The notes: generated from the letters alone by a model not told the origin. A stretch of DNA of 62,827 nt, filler included, from Sandaracinaceae bacterium (GCA_947483975.1; 7 parts of 7 records of this genome joined end to end with filler, not necessarily neighbours in it); one strand, 5' to 3'; counted from the whole stretch's first letter, positions 18,590-28,931 are shown. Made by a program: numbers and translations.

Positions 18590-19231
18590 ATGACGATGCA
18601 GACCACGACGGTGCCGAGCCAGACGGTGCAGAGCCAGACGGTGCCGAGCCAGACGGTGCAGACCGTGACGATGCCGAGCGCCGACTTTCAGCGGAGCGTG
18701 CTGCCGTATCTCCTCGAGCTTCGCGGCGCCGCCGTGCGCCTCGCGGGCTCGCAGTCCGAGGCCGACGACCTCCTCCAAGAGGCCGGGATGCGCGCCTGGC
18801 AGTTCCGCGATCACTTCGAGCCGGGCTCGAACGGGCGCGCGTGGCTGCACCGCATCCTCGTCAACACCTTCATCAACGGCTGGCGCCGCAAGCGCCGCGA
18901 GCGTGAGGTGCTCGCGCAGGTCGTCGTCGAACCACAGACGCGCGCTTCGGTCGCCGCGATCGATGGCGTCGCGCTCGGCGACGAGGTCAGCGCCGCGCTC
19001 GCCGCGCTGCCGGCAGACTTCCGCGCCGTGCTCGTGCTCGTCGACATGCAGGACCGTAGCTACCGAGAGGTCGCGGACGCGCTCGGCTGCCCGATCGGCA
19101 CCGTGATGTCGCGCCTGCACCGCGCCCGCCGCGCGATGCAGCGCCGCCTCAGCGACTACGCGCGCGGCGAGGGCTACACCGACGCCAACGTCGCCGACGC
19201 CAGCGCGGTCGGTGAGCGCGAAGCCGCGTGA
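18590..19231 (+). CDS. ECF RNA polymerase sigma factor
   Basis: GGAGG RBS; region 2 ADDLLQE..RAW, AWLHRILVN; region 4 SYREVADALGCPIGTVMSRLHRAR. Confidence 0.92.
   Translation: MTMQTTTVPSQTVQSQTVPSQTVQTVTMPSADFQRSVLPYLLELRGAAVRLAGSQSEADDLLQEAGMRAWQFRDHFEPGSNGRAWLHRILVNTFINGWRRKRREREVLAQVVVEPQTRASVAAIDGVALGDEVSAALAALPADFRAVLVLVDMQDRSYREVADALGCPIGTVMSRLHRARRAMQRRLSDYARGEGYTDANVADASAVGEREAA
18607..18679 (+). repeat. In-frame 15-bp tandem repeat in the sigma factor N-terminus
   Basis: GACGGTGC(C/A)GAGCCA x4-5, encoding TVPSQ/TVQSQ. Confidence 0.85.
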
Positions 19232-19322
19232 GCGTGTCGTGCGAAGCCGCCTGAGCGCGCGACGCGACGCTGCGCGAGCGTGTCGAGCGCCCCGCCTGAC
19301 GCCAGCGTGTACGCTGGCCTCC

Positions 19323-20282
19323 GTGACGAGCCCAGCCTGGACCATCGACCTCGAGCGACACCTCCCCGCCGCGTCTGCCGCCGTCGCGCCGCACGTCGTG
19401 CGCACGCCGCTCGAGCGCGCGCCGCGCCTCGGCGAGCGAGCCTGGATCAAGCGTGAGACCGAGCAGCACACCGGCTCGTTCAAGGTGCGCGGCGCGCTCG
19501 CGGCGCTGAGCGCTTACGCCGACGAGGTGCGCGCCCGAGGCGCCGTCGCGGCGTCGGCGGGCAACCACGGGCTCGGCATGGCCTACGCCGCGCGCGCCCT
19601 CGGGCTGCCCGTGCGCGTCTACGTCCCCGCGAGCGCGGCGCGCGTGAAGGTCGAGGGGATTCGCGCGCTCGGCGCGGAGATCATCGAGGTCGAGGGCGTC
19701 GGCTACGACGGCGCCGAGGACGCCGCGCTCCGGGACGCCGCGCGCACCGGCGCCCGCTTCGTTTCGCCGTATGACGACCCGTATGTCGCCTGCGGGAACG
19801 GCGGCACCCTCGGGCTCGAGGTGCTCGACGCGCTCCCAGAGTGCGCCGCGATCGTCACGCCCGTCGGGGGCGGCGGGCTGCTCCTCGGCCTCGACGCGGC
19901 CCGCAGCGCGCGCAAGAGCGTGCTGCGGCTCATCGGGGCGCAGAGCGAAGTGAGCCCGGTGATGCTGCTGTCCCTCGCGCGCGGCGCGGCGATCGAGCGC
20001 TTCGAGGCGGCGGTGCCGACGCTCGCCGAGGGGCTCGAGGGCGGCGTCGCGCGCACGACCTTCGCGCACGTGCGGGCGCTCTCGGCGCTGACGATGGTCA
20101 CCGTCTCCGAGCGCGACTTGGCGAGCGCGATGCGCTTCGCCCGCGACGAGCTAGGCGTCGTCCTCGAGGGCAGCGCGGCCGTCGGTGTCGCGTTCGCGCG
20201 GGCTTGGGCGCGGCACTTCGACGGCGACCTCGTCGTGCTGCTCACTGGGCGCAACGTCGACGCCGACAGGCTCGGCGACTAG
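19323..20282 (+). CDS. PLP-dependent threonine/serine dehydratase family enzyme
   Basis: KRETEQHTGSFKVRGA (PLP lysine), ASAGNHG, PVGGGGL, TLAEGL, LEGSAA. Confidence 0.88.
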   Translation: MTSPAWTIDLERHLPAASAAVAPHVVRTPLERAPRLGERAWIKRETEQHTGSFKVRGALAALSAYADEVRARGAVAASAGNHGLGMAYAARALGLPVRVYVPASAARVKVEGIRALGAEIIEVEGVGYDGAEDAALRDAARTGARFVSPYDDPYVACGNGGTLGLEVLDALPECAAIVTPVGGGGLLLGLDAARSARKSVLRLIGAQSEVSPVMLLSLARGAAIERFEAAVPTLAEGLEGGVARTTFAHVRALSALTMVTVSERDLASAMRFARDELGVVLEGSAAVGVAFARAWARHFDGDLVVLLTGRNVDADRLGD

Positions 20283-20311
20283 GCCCGCGCGCGTACGCGG
20301 CGTCGGACGCT

Positions 20312-22885
20312 TCAGGGCGCGGGGGCAGCGTCGCGCGAGTCGAGCACCGCCCGGACGACGCCCGTCAGCTCAGCCGCCTGATACGGCTTGCTGAGGAAGT
20401 GGGTCGCGCCGCCCTGCGCCCCACTCAGCAGCGCCGCGTCGTCCGTGAGGCCCGAGGTGAACAGCACCTTCACCTCCGGTCGGAGCTCCCTGACCTTGGA
20501 CGCGAGCTCCCGGCCGCCCATCCCAGGCATCATCACGTCCGTCAGCATCACGTCGACGCGGTCCTCGCGCCGCGCGAGCAGCTGCAGCGCCTCGACCCCG
20601 CCGGTCGCCGTGAGCACCGAGTAGCCCGCGAGCCGCATGATGCGCGCCGCCGCCCGCAGCACGGCGGGCTCGTCCTCGACGAGGAGCACGGTCTCGTTGC
20701 CCGAGACCGGCTTCCGCGCGGGAGCAGGCGCCTCCGCGGTCGGCTCGTCGCTCGCGAGGGGCAGCCAGATCGTGAACGTCGTCCCGCGCCCAAGCTCGCT
20801 CTGCACCTCGACGCTGCCGCCGCTGCGCTCGACGATGCCGTAGACGGTCGCGAGGCCGAGCCCCGTGCCCTTGCCGAGCTCCTTCGTCGTGAAGAACGGC
20901 TCGAACACGCGCGCGCGCGTCGCCTCGTCCATGCCGGTCCCCGTGTCGGACACGCGGAGCATGACGTGCGGTCCGGGGCGCGCCGACGCGTGCCGCTCGA
21001 GGTAGGCCTCGTCGACGTCGACGCGCCGCGTCTCGAACGTCAGCGTCCCACCCGAGGGCATGGCGTCGCGGGCGTTGATGGCGAGGTTCATGACGACCTG
21101 CTCGAGCTGGCCCACGTCCGCGCGCACGCAGCCGAGGCTCTCGGCGCCGACGACGTTCAACACCAGGTCGTCCCCGAGGATCCGCGCGAGCATCGGGCGC
21201 AGGTTCTCGACGAGCCGGCTCAGGCGCACGACGTCCTCCTTCACGACCTGTCGCCGACTGAAGGTGAGCAGTCGTTTGGTCAGCGCCGCCGCGCGCTCTG
21301 CCGCGCCGAGGACCTCCCTCAGGTCGGCGGCGAGCGGGTCGCCTTCGTGTCGGCTCGCGAGGGCGAGGTCCGCCGTGTTGATGATCACCGTCAGCAGGTT
21401 GTTGAAGTCGTGCGCGACGCCTCCAGCGAGCCGCCCGACGGCCTCCATCTTCTGCGACTGCCGCAGGTCGTCCTCGAGGCGCGCGCGGGTCGCCTCCTCG
21501 GTCTTGCGCTCAGTGACGTCCTGCACGGTGCCCACCATGCGCAGCGGGCTGCCGTCCGAGGCGTACTCCACCTCGCCGAGCGCGAGCACCCAGCGCTCGA
21601 CGCCGTCGCTCGCGCGCACGATGCGGCACTCTCGCTCGAAGCGCCGCCGCTCGAGCAGCACGCCCCGCAGATGGGCGATCACCGCCTCGCGCTCCGCCGG
21701 ATGGAGCAGGCTCGCCCACCCGGCCGACGTCCGCGCGTAGGCGGCGTCGATGCCCAAGATCGAGTCCAGCTCCGACGAGCACGTCCAGGCGTCGCCGGGG
21801 ACGTCGCAGAAGTAGCTGCCGACATGACCGACCGCCTCCGCGGCGCGCCGGCGGCGCTCCGACTCCGTGAGGCCACGGAGCAGCTGCGCCTGCCGCGCCC
21901 GCCATCGCAGCAGGGAACCCCCGAGCAGCAGGAGCAGGACCACGAGCGTCGCGATCTCGGCTGCCCGATAGCGGCTCTCCGCGAGCGCCTCGTGGGCGTC
22001 GACCTGAGCGACCACGTACCACTGCGAGCCGGGCACGCGGCGCAGGTCGGCGAGCACCCGCGCCCCCCGCTCGTTGGTCCCGTCGAAGCTCACCTGCTGG
22101 CCGAGCGCTGCGTGCGCTGCGGGGCTCTCGGCGCGTGACACCGGCACGCGGACGGCGAGCGGTCGACGACCTCGGCCTCCTGGCTCGGCCAAGTAGACGA
22201 GGTCGCCGCGCTCGCGCTGCACGAGCAGCACCTCGGCGCTGGGGTGGGGCGTGTACCGTGCGCGCATGAGCGGCAGGAGGCGCGACCCCGCCGAGGCGCG
22301 CAGCACGAGGACGGCGATCGCCCGCCCTGCGCCGTCAAGCTCGGCTATGACCACGTCCACCGTGGCGTCGCCATCGGGCCCGCGAAACAGGTCAGAGAGG
22401 ACCGCCGAAGGGCCCAGGAGCGCCCGCGTCACCGCCCGCTGCGTGGCTGCATTCACGGGCGCGACGGGCGACGCCGTGCTCAGCAGCACCTGGCCGTCCG
22501 GCGCGAGCACCAGCGCCTCCCGGTACACGTTCGTCTCACGCTCGAGGCGCAGGCGCTCCCGGAGTTCGCCCTGCCGCGCCCGGTCCCCCGGGGCGCGAAG
22601 CAGCGCTTCGAGCAACGCCTCGACGTGCGGGTCCGCCGCGAGAAGTCGCGCGTCTGCCACTCGCTCGGCTCGCCATCGCGCCGCCAAATCGGAGTTCAGC
22701 CGGGCGACCGCCGCGAGGGTCTCGAACTCCTGCGCTCGGACCTCGCCAGCCTCTTGAAGGTAGTACGCGCAGCCCGCCGCGATCAGCGTGAGCGCGACGA
22801 GCGCCGGGAGCACCAGCGACCTTCGAGAGGACCCGTCACGCGGAGCATTGCCGGCCACTTGTTTCCTTGGGCTTCGTGCGGACAC
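20312..22885 (-). CDS. Hybrid sensor histidine kinase (periplasmic Cache-like, PAS, HisKA, HATPase, REC)
   Basis: QKMEAVGRLAGGVAHDFNNLL, NLAINARDAM, DTGTGM, FEPFFTTK..GTGLGL, VLLVEDE, TDVMMP. Start uncertain. Confidence 0.92.
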   Translation of the reverse strand: MSARSPRKQVAGNAPRDGSSRRSLVLPALVALTLIAAGCAYYLQEAGEVRAQEFETLAAVARLNSDLAARWRAERVADARLLAADPHVEALLEALLRAPGDRARQGELRERLRLERETNVYREALVLAPDGQVLLSTASPVAPVNAATQRAVTRALLGPSAVLSDLFRGPDGDATVDVVIAELDGAGRAIAVLVLRASAGSRLLPLMRARYTPHPSAEVLLVQRERGDLVYLAEPGGRGRRPLAVRVPVSRAESPAAHAALGQQVSFDGTNERGARVLADLRRVPGSQWYVVAQVDAHEALAESRYRAAEIATLVVLLLLLGGSLLRWRARQAQLLRGLTESERRRRAAEAVGHVGSYFCDVPGDAWTCSSELDSILGIDAAYARTSAGWASLLHPAEREAVIAHLRGVLLERRRFERECRIVRASDGVERWVLALGEVEYASDGSPLRMVGTVQDVTERKTEEATRARLEDDLRQSQKMEAVGRLAGGVAHDFNNLLTVIINTADLALASRHEGDPLAADLREVLGAAERAAALTKRLLTFSRRQVVKEDVVRLSRLVENLRPMLARILGDDLVLNVVGAESLGCVRADVGQLEQVVMNLAINARDAMPSGGTLTFETRRVDVDEAYLERHASARPGPHVMLRVSDTGTGMDEATRARVFEPFFTTKELGKGTGLGLATVYGIVERSGGSVEVQSELGRGTTFTIWLPLASDEPTAEAPAPARKPVSGNETVLLVEDEPAVLRAAARIMRLAGYSVLTATGGVEALQLLARREDRVDVMLTDVMMPGMGGRELASKVRELRPEVKVLFTSGLTDDAALLSGAQGGATHFLSKPYQAAELTGVVRAVLDSRDAAPAP

Positions 22886-23102
22886 AGCGACGCGCCTCGT
22901 GTGGGTGGAGCCGGATCGAAGCGGCGGGCTTGGTGAGCAAGCTGACCTTCGCACGGCGGGCGAGTGGTGTAAAGCTACGACATTATCAAACCCGATGGGC
23001 GATGCCGCGGGCACGGCCGACGCGGCGCGACCGGGCAAGATGTGGACGTCGACGCGCTTGCGACGTAGTCAGTGGGTCGGCCCATCGACGGCCCGAGGAC
23101 GC

Positions 23103-24272
23103 ATGGCGAAGACCTACACGGAGCTGCTCTCGGAGGTGAAGGCGAGCGTCCGCTCGCTCTCGCTCGAGGAGCTGAAGCGGCGCCTCGACGCGCGCGAGCC
23201 CTTCACGCTCGTCGACGTGCGCGAGAAGGACGAGGTGCGCGCCGGCTTCATCCCGGGCGCCGTCTCGATCCCGCGGGGGTTTCTCGAGATGCAGGCGGAG
23301 CAGCGCCTCCCCGACAAGGGCGCGAAGCTCGTCGTCTACTGCGCGGGCGGCGTCCGCAGCGCGTTCGCGGCGAAGGCGCTCACCGAGCTCGGCTACACGG
23401 ACGTCGAGAGCGCGAACCCCGGCTTCAGCCGCTGGAAGGACCTCCGCTACCCCGTCGAGACGCCGGCGCAGCTCACCCCCGCGCAGCTCGATCGCTACGC
23501 GCGGCATCTGCTCCTGCCGGAGGTCGGCGAGAAGGGGCAGGCGAAGCTCCTCGGCGCGCGCGTGCTCTGCCTCGGCGCGGGCGGGCTCGGCTCCCCGAGC
23601 GCGCTCTACCTCGCGGCGGCGGGCATCGGCACGCTCGGCATCATCGACGCCGACACAGTGGATGCGTCCAACCTGCAGCGGCAGATCTTGCACGGCACCG
23701 ACCGCGTCGGGATGTCGAAGGTCGAGAGCGCGCGAAAGACGCTCGCCAACCTCAACCCCGACGTGAAGCTCGTCACCTTCGACGAGCGCCTCGTCCGCGC
23801 GAACATCGACCGCGTCTTCGACCAGGGCTGGGACGTCATCGTGGACGGCCTCGACAATTTCTCGACGCGCTACCTCGTGAACGACGCGAGCGTCTGGAAG
23901 GCGATCCCCGTCGTGCACGGCTCGATCTTCCGCTTCGAGGGGCAGGTGACGACGTTCTGCCCAGGCAAGGGCCCCTGCTATCGCTGCCTCTATCCCGAGC
24001 CTCCGCCGCCCGAGCTCGCGCCGTCGTGCGCGGAGGCGGGCGTGCTCGGCGTGCTGCCGGGGCTGATCGGCGTCCTCCAAGCGACCGAGGCGATCAAGCT
24101 CGTGCTCGGCGTCGGCGACCCGCTCATCGGGCGCCTGCTGACCTATGACTCCCTCCGGATGAAGTTCGGCGCGCTCAAGCTGCGCCGCGATCCGGGCTGC
24201 CCCGTCTGCGGCGATCAGCCGACGATCACCGACTACGTCGACTACGACGAGTTCTGCGGCGTCGGCGGCTGA
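23103..24272 (+). CDS. moeB: Molybdopterin-synthase adenylyltransferase MoeB/ThiF with N-terminal rhodanese domain
   Basis: Rhodanese DVRE and YCAGGVRS; RYARH, GAGGLG, SNLQRQ, PCYRC, SCAEAGVLG, CPVC. Confidence 0.9.
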   Translation: MAKTYTELLSEVKASVRSLSLEELKRRLDAREPFTLVDVREKDEVRAGFIPGAVSIPRGFLEMQAEQRLPDKGAKLVVYCAGGVRSAFAAKALTELGYTDVESANPGFSRWKDLRYPVETPAQLTPAQLDRYARHLLLPEVGEKGQAKLLGARVLCLGAGGLGSPSALYLAAAGIGTLGIIDADTVDASNLQRQILHGTDRVGMSKVESARKTLANLNPDVKLVTFDERLVRANIDRVFDQGWDVIVDGLDNFSTRYLVNDASVWKAIPVVHGSIFRFEGQVTTFCPGKGPCYRCLYPEPPPPELAPSCAEAGVLGVLPGLIGVLQATEAIKLVLGVGDPLIGRLLTYDSLRMKFGALKLRRDPGCPVCGDQPTITDYVDYDEFCGVGG

Positions 24273-24333
24273 CGCGTTCGAGCCCGCCGAGGGGAACCTC
24301 GCCGCACGCGCGGTGTCGGCTATCCTCGCCACC

Positions 24334-25218
24334 ATGCTGCCTTCCTCGAAGCGCGCGCTGCTCCTCCTCGTGCTCGTCTCTGCCGTCCTCGCGCTCAGCG
24401 CCGTCGTCGGCTGCACCGACCCGGGCGCCGGGCCCGCGCGGCGCACCATCCGCACGGTCCACGCGGCGGAGGTCAAGCGGATGCTCCGCGAGGACGTCGC
24501 CCGGCACCTGACCGGCGTCGCGCGCGCCGCCGAGCGCCTCGCGCCGGGCTACACCGCCGAGCTTCCCGACGAGGCGACGCGCGAGCGGCAGATTCGCTTC
24601 GCGCTCCGCAAGCTGCGCGAGCCGCCGCGCGGCGTGCCGCAGCTGATCGCGTCGCCGATGACGTTCCTCTGCGCGCTGCAGCCCGACGGCAAGGTCCTCG
24701 CGCGCGACTTCGCGCCCGACCCGATGAAGGGGATGCAGCTCGGCACGCTCTTTCCGTCGGTGCACACCGCGCTGACCGACGGGCGCCCCGCGTTCGCGCT
24801 CGGCGAGTTCCCGCGCACGGAGACGGGCGACCCTTCGCCGTCGATCGTGTTCGCCGCGCCGTCCCGCGCCCGCGACGACGGGCGCATCGTCGGCGGCGCC
24901 GCGCTCGGCATCCCCTTGTGGCGCCTCGAGCAGCGCATCAGCCGGCAGCTTCAGCTCGATCACGCGAGCGAGACGGGCGTCATCCTCTGGTCCTACGTCT
25001 ACCGCGGCGCTGACCTGATCTCCGCCCGCGGCGCTCATCCGGACCTCGACACCATCGCGCCCGACGCCGCCGCACGCCGCGCCGGGCTCGCGCGGAGCCC
25101 CGGCGGCTTCACGCTGCAGCGCGAGCAATTCGGGCGCTGGTACGCCTTCGGCGTGCTGCCCACGCCGCTGCTCGGCGAGGGCGTCGGCATCGTGATCGTG
25201 CGCTCGGATCCGATCTGA
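24334..25218 (+). CDS. Hypothetical lipoprotein, possible Cache-like sensor fold
   Basis: Lipobox VVGC; DGKVLA..., IVFAAP...DGRIVG pattern. Confidence 0.55.
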   Translation: MLPSSKRALLLLVLVSAVLALSAVVGCTDPGAGPARRTIRTVHAAEVKRMLREDVARHLTGVARAAERLAPGYTAELPDEATRERQIRFALRKLREPPRGVPQLIASPMTFLCALQPDGKVLARDFAPDPMKGMQLGTLFPSVHTALTDGRPAFALGEFPRTETGDPSPSIVFAAPSRARDDGRIVGGAALGIPLWRLEQRISRQLQLDHASETGVILWSYVYRGADLISARGAHPDLDTIAPDAAARRAGLARSPGGFTLQREQFGRWYAFGVLPTPLLGEGVGIVIVRSDPI

Positions 25219-25331
25219 GCACACGCGGACCCGGCGCGGCGCGGCGCCGTAGCGTCCCGTCGCGACCGGTCACCCTCGAGGTCGAGCCGAGCCGGGACCT
25301 GGCGCCGCAGCGCCGCGTCCCGGCGGGTCCG

Positions 25332-26849
25332 CTAGAAGCTCCAGGCCGGGCCGAACGCTTCGTCGGTGCGCATCGAGGAGCCGAGCGGCTCGATCGTGCA
25401 GGTGACGGCGCCGCACGAGTCCGTGAAGAACCGCACGTCGGCGACGAGCCAGCGCTGCCCGCTCGCGGTCAGCTCGACGAACGGGTCCGAGCCGAAGGTG
25501 CCGCGCAGGTCGCCACCGCAGTAGACGTTGACCATCGGGTGCGTCGCGCCCGTGAAGCTGTGCGACGAGTAGTAGTCGACCATGATCCGGTACGTCGCGC
25601 CGTTGGGCGGGTTGTCGACGTTGACGTTCTCGGGCGCGCAGAACGTGCCCGCCGCGCCCGTAGGGTCGGTGATCGTCGGGTCGCAGTCGATGATGTCGAC
25701 GTCGAGGCGCGGGTTGTAGCAGGCGCCGAGCGCCGTCCACGCGGCGCCTTCGCCGTTCGGCGCGCCTGAGCACGCGCTCAGATCCGTGGTGTCCGGCAAG
25801 CCCCAGATGTCGCGCACGCCGAGCGAGCCCCAGAGCGGATCGTAGGTCGAGCCCTTGCAGTTCGCGTAGTAGCAGTCGTCGTCGCTGAAGAACGGGGTAT
25901 CGGTGACGAGCGCGTCGGGCGCGACCGTGCGCCGGTGCAGGTGCAGGTCCACGTCGGTGCCCCCGGACGCGTAGTCGCCCTGCGTATCCCAGTCGAGCTC
26001 GACGCGGAGGCCCGCGCCTTGGACGAAGATGACCCACTCACACGAGAGCGTCTCGCCGGTCGCCGTCACGACCTCGAGGCGCGCGCGGTAGCTGCCGCTC
26101 TGCGCGAAGTAGATGCTCGTGTCGGCGGCGGTCGGATCCGCCGGGAGCGGGCACGTCGAGACGGTCGAGGGGCAGCTGATCGTCCACTGCCACGACGTCG
26201 CCATGCCGAGGAAGATGCGGCTGCCGTTGAGCGCGTGCGTCGCGAGCGGCGTGCCAGCCTCGGAGCCGGGGCAGAACAGCGCCGTCGAGCAGCCGACGAT
26301 GCCGTCGTCGATCAGGCTGTTGCAGTCGTTGTCGGCGCCGTCGCAGGCCTCGGGCCCGGGGAACTGCCCGCCCGTGCACGGGCTCCACTGCAGGAACTCG
26401 CCGCACGTCATGAGCCCGTCCGCGCAGACGCCGATGCCGCGGCGATCCGGTGGCCCGAGGAAGCACGCGCGCGTCGTGCCGAGCACGCAGCTGCAGCCCT
26501 CGTCGACGGCGCCATCGCAGTCGTCGTCGAGGCCGTTGCCGTCGCCCGTGTCGCCGCAAAGCTCGGTGTCCCCGCACGCGACCGTGCAGGGCACGACGGG
26601 CGCGGCGTCGCGGTAGTCGTGGCCCATATCGGGCGGCCCGAGGTCCGGATACACGACGGGCCCATAGTCGACGCCGGTCGGACCCGCGTCGAAGAGCCCG
26701 AGGTCCGTGCCCGCGTCGGCGTTGCGACAGAAGCCTGGGACGCACGGGCCCGGGGTGTTGGCGGGGTCCTTGGCGCAGCCGCTGAAAAGGGCTAGCGCGG
26801 TGAGGACGGTGAAGCCGGAGGCTGCCCAAAGGGTGCGACGGAGCGACAT
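25332..26849 (-). CDS. Cys-rich lipoprotein with putative metal-binding (MopE-related) repeats
   Basis: Lipobox FSGC; GNGLDDDCDGAVDEG and EACDGADNDCN; C-terminal LRVELDW..DVDLHL..PENVN domain. Confidence 0.75.
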   Translation of the reverse strand: MSLRRTLWAASGFTVLTALALFSGCAKDPANTPGPCVPGFCRNADAGTDLGLFDAGPTGVDYGPVVYPDLGPPDMGHDYRDAAPVVPCTVACGDTELCGDTGDGNGLDDDCDGAVDEGCSCVLGTTRACFLGPPDRRGIGVCADGLMTCGEFLQWSPCTGGQFPGPEACDGADNDCNSLIDDGIVGCSTALFCPGSEAGTPLATHALNGSRIFLGMATSWQWTISCPSTVSTCPLPADPTAADTSIYFAQSGSYRARLEVVTATGETLSCEWVIFVQGAGLRVELDWDTQGDYASGGTDVDLHLHRRTVAPDALVTDTPFFSDDDCYYANCKGSTYDPLWGSLGVRDIWGLPDTTDLSACSGAPNGEGAAWTALGACYNPRLDVDIIDCDPTITDPTGAAGTFCAPENVNVDNPPNGATYRIMVDYYSSHSFTGATHPMVNVYCGGDLRGTFGSDPFVELTASGQRWLVADVRFFTDSCGAVTCTIEPLGSSMRTDEAFGPAWSF

Positions 26850-26928
26850 TGGGCCGAGGGTAGGGGAACGCGCGCGCGGACACAATCACGGACCGGCGGT
26901 GACTTGGCAGTAGAGCGCGAACCCGCGT

Positions 26929-27344
26929 TCAGTCCGGAGGCTCGGCGAGCAGCGCCACGGCCTCGTCGTGCGTCAGCTCCGTCTTCCATGCGCCGACGCG
27001 CGTCTCGAACGTCAGCGCGTGCCGCAAGAGGCGCAGAAAGCGCGTCCGCGGCCAGTCCTCGGCGCCGAAGCGCTCGAGGTGCTCGGTGCGCACCTGACAG
27101 TCCACGAAGTGAAAATTCCAGTGCACGAGGTGCCCGAGCAGCACCGCGAAGGCAACCTTGGACGCGTCGCTCTCCCGCGCGAACATCGACTCGCCGAAGA
27201 ACGCGCGCCCGAGCGACACGCCGTACAAGCCTCCGACGAGCTTGCCGTCGCGCCACGCCTCGATGCTGTGCGCGAAGCCGCGCTCGTGCAGCGCGCAGTA
27301 GCCCTCGATCAGCGCCTTCGTGATCCACGTGCCGTCTTGCCCGG
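26929..27344 (-). CDS. aat: Leucyl/phenylalanyl-tRNA--protein transferase, 5'-truncated
   Basis: GTWIT..Y..LH..GFAHSIEAW..GKLVGGLYGV.LG..FFGESMF...DASKVA..DCQ. Confidence 0.92.
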
Positions 27345-27444
27345 NNNNNNNNNNNNNNNNNNNNNNNNNNNNNNNNNNNNNNNNNNNNTTAATTAATTAA
27401 NNNNNNNNNNNNNNNNNNNNNNNNNNNNNNNNNNNNNNNNNNNN
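27345..27444. other. Artificial contig spacer
   Basis: N44-TTAATTAATTAA-N44. Confidence 0.99.
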
Positions 27445-27701
27445 AGCCCGAGCGCTCGCTGCGCGAGGAGCCACAGCGCGAGGCCGCCGCCGATCGCCCC
27501 GAGCACGCTCGGCAGGAGCGCCGTCCCGAGCGAGAGCCCCGCGCCGAGCGCTGCCGTAGTCAGCAGCGCCGCGCGCCAGCCCCAGCCGCGGCGCAGGCCC
27601 GCGAGCACCAAGCCGAGGAAGAAGAGCGCGACGGGCAGCCGTCCGAAGAGCGTCCAAGCGTCGAGGTGCAGCGCGCCGAAGTCGAGCTGATGCAAGGGCA
27701 T
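27445..27701 (-). CDS. Membrane protein N-terminal fragment (possibly Lgt-like)
   Basis: GGAGG RBS, ATG at 27701, several hydrophobic helices, cut by contig edge. Confidence 0.45.
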
Positions 27702-27821
27702 ATCGCCTCCCTGCGGACCATAGGAGCACATCGCCGCGGCGCGCGACAGCCTCGGCCGCGTGAGCGTGCCCGCGCGTGCCCGCACGTGCGGCCCGCCGCG
27801 GCGCGCTTACCTAGCGTGCGC

Positions 27822-28931
27822 ATGGCCGACGACACCCACGACGACGGACTTCCGCAGGGGCTCTCACAGCGGCTGCGCGCGCTCTTCCCCGGAGGTCGAG
27901 TGCGCTCCGCGCGGCACCTCGGTACGGGCGAGACGAAGGCCGAGGGCGAGACGACGAAGGGCCTCGGCTTCGGGCGCCCGATCGCGGTCGTGCTCGCGCT
28001 GCCGGACGGGAGCGAGCGCCGGCTCGTGTTCCACACGGCGAGCCCGGACGACTTCGGGCACGACCGGCGCAGCGATCGCGTCGCCGAGATGCTGCTCGCC
28101 TGGGACACGTTTGGCTTGCTCCCGCGGCATGTGCGGGCGCTCGACGTCGGCGTGCTCGCGGCGGATGGCGCGCTCGTGCCGCTCGCGGGGACGGGCGAGG
28201 CCTACTTCGTCACGGAGTGGGCCGAGGGCGCGCTCTACGCCGCCGATCTCCGCCGCATCGCGGAGACCGGCCTCGCGACCGACGAAGACCTCGCGCGCAC
28301 CGAGCGACTCGCGCGCTTGCTCGTGGAGATACACCAAATACCAGGCACGCACGCGGGCGCGTACGTGCGCGCTTGGCGAGACACCGTCGGCTCGGGGGAG
28401 GGCATCGCCGGGATGGTCGATGGCTATCCGCTCGAAACGCCCGGCGCCTCGCCCGCGCGGCTCGCCGCGATCGAGCACGCGTGCCTCGAGGCGCGGCAGC
28501 GACACAAGGGTAAGACGTCGCGCCTGCGCCGCACGCACGGCGATTTTCACCCGTTCAATCTGCTCTTCGACGCGCGCGGTGAGCCAGTGTTGCTCGACAC
28601 CAGCCGCGGCTCCGAGGGAGACCCCGCCGACGACGTCGCGTGCCTCGCGATCAACTATCTGTTCTTCGGCGTCGAGCACCGCGCCCGCTGGGCGAGCGGC
28701 CTCGGGCGGCTCTGGCAGCGCTTCTTCGAGGTCTATCTCGCGGAGAGCGGCGACCGGCAGTTGCTCGAGGTGATCGCGCCCTTCTTCGCGTGGCGCGGCC
28801 TCGTCGTCGCGAGCCCGCGCTGGTATCCGAACCTCGACGCGTCGGAGCGCTCGCGCATCCTCGGCTTCGTCGAGCGGGCGCTGACCGCCGAGCGCTTCGA
28901 TCCCGCGTTCGGCGCCGAGGCGATGTCGTGA
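27822..28931 (+). CDS. Aminoglycoside phosphotransferase (APH)-like kinase
   Basis: HGDFHPFNLLF catalytic loop, LLDTSRG, GDPADD. Confidence 0.8.
   Translation: MADDTHDDGLPQGLSQRLRALFPGGRVRSARHLGTGETKAEGETTKGLGFGRPIAVVLALPDGSERRLVFHTASPDDFGHDRRSDRVAEMLLAWDTFGLLPRHVRALDVGVLAADGALVPLAGTGEAYFVTEWAEGALYAADLRRIAETGLATDEDLARTERLARLLVEIHQIPGTHAGAYVRAWRDTVGSGEGIAGMVDGYPLETPGASPARLAAIEHACLEARQRHKGKTSRLRRTHGDFHPFNLLFDARGEPVLLDTSRGSEGDPADDVACLAINYLFFGVEHRARWASGLGRLWQRFFEVYLAESGDRQLLEVIAPFFAWRGLVVASPRWYPNLDASERSRILGFVERALTAERFDPAFGAEAMS

Noticed and set aside
23103..24272. ThiF/E1-based anti-phage or ubiquitin-like system
   Set aside because: The rhodanese-MoeB fusion is a known sulfur-transfer architecture, and no E2, JAB, Ubl or CD-NTase neighbours are present.
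27822..28931. Aminoglycoside resistance gene
   Set aside because: Only the general APH-fold catalytic motif is visible, and the length and coupling to a cysC-like gene point to a metabolic kinase.
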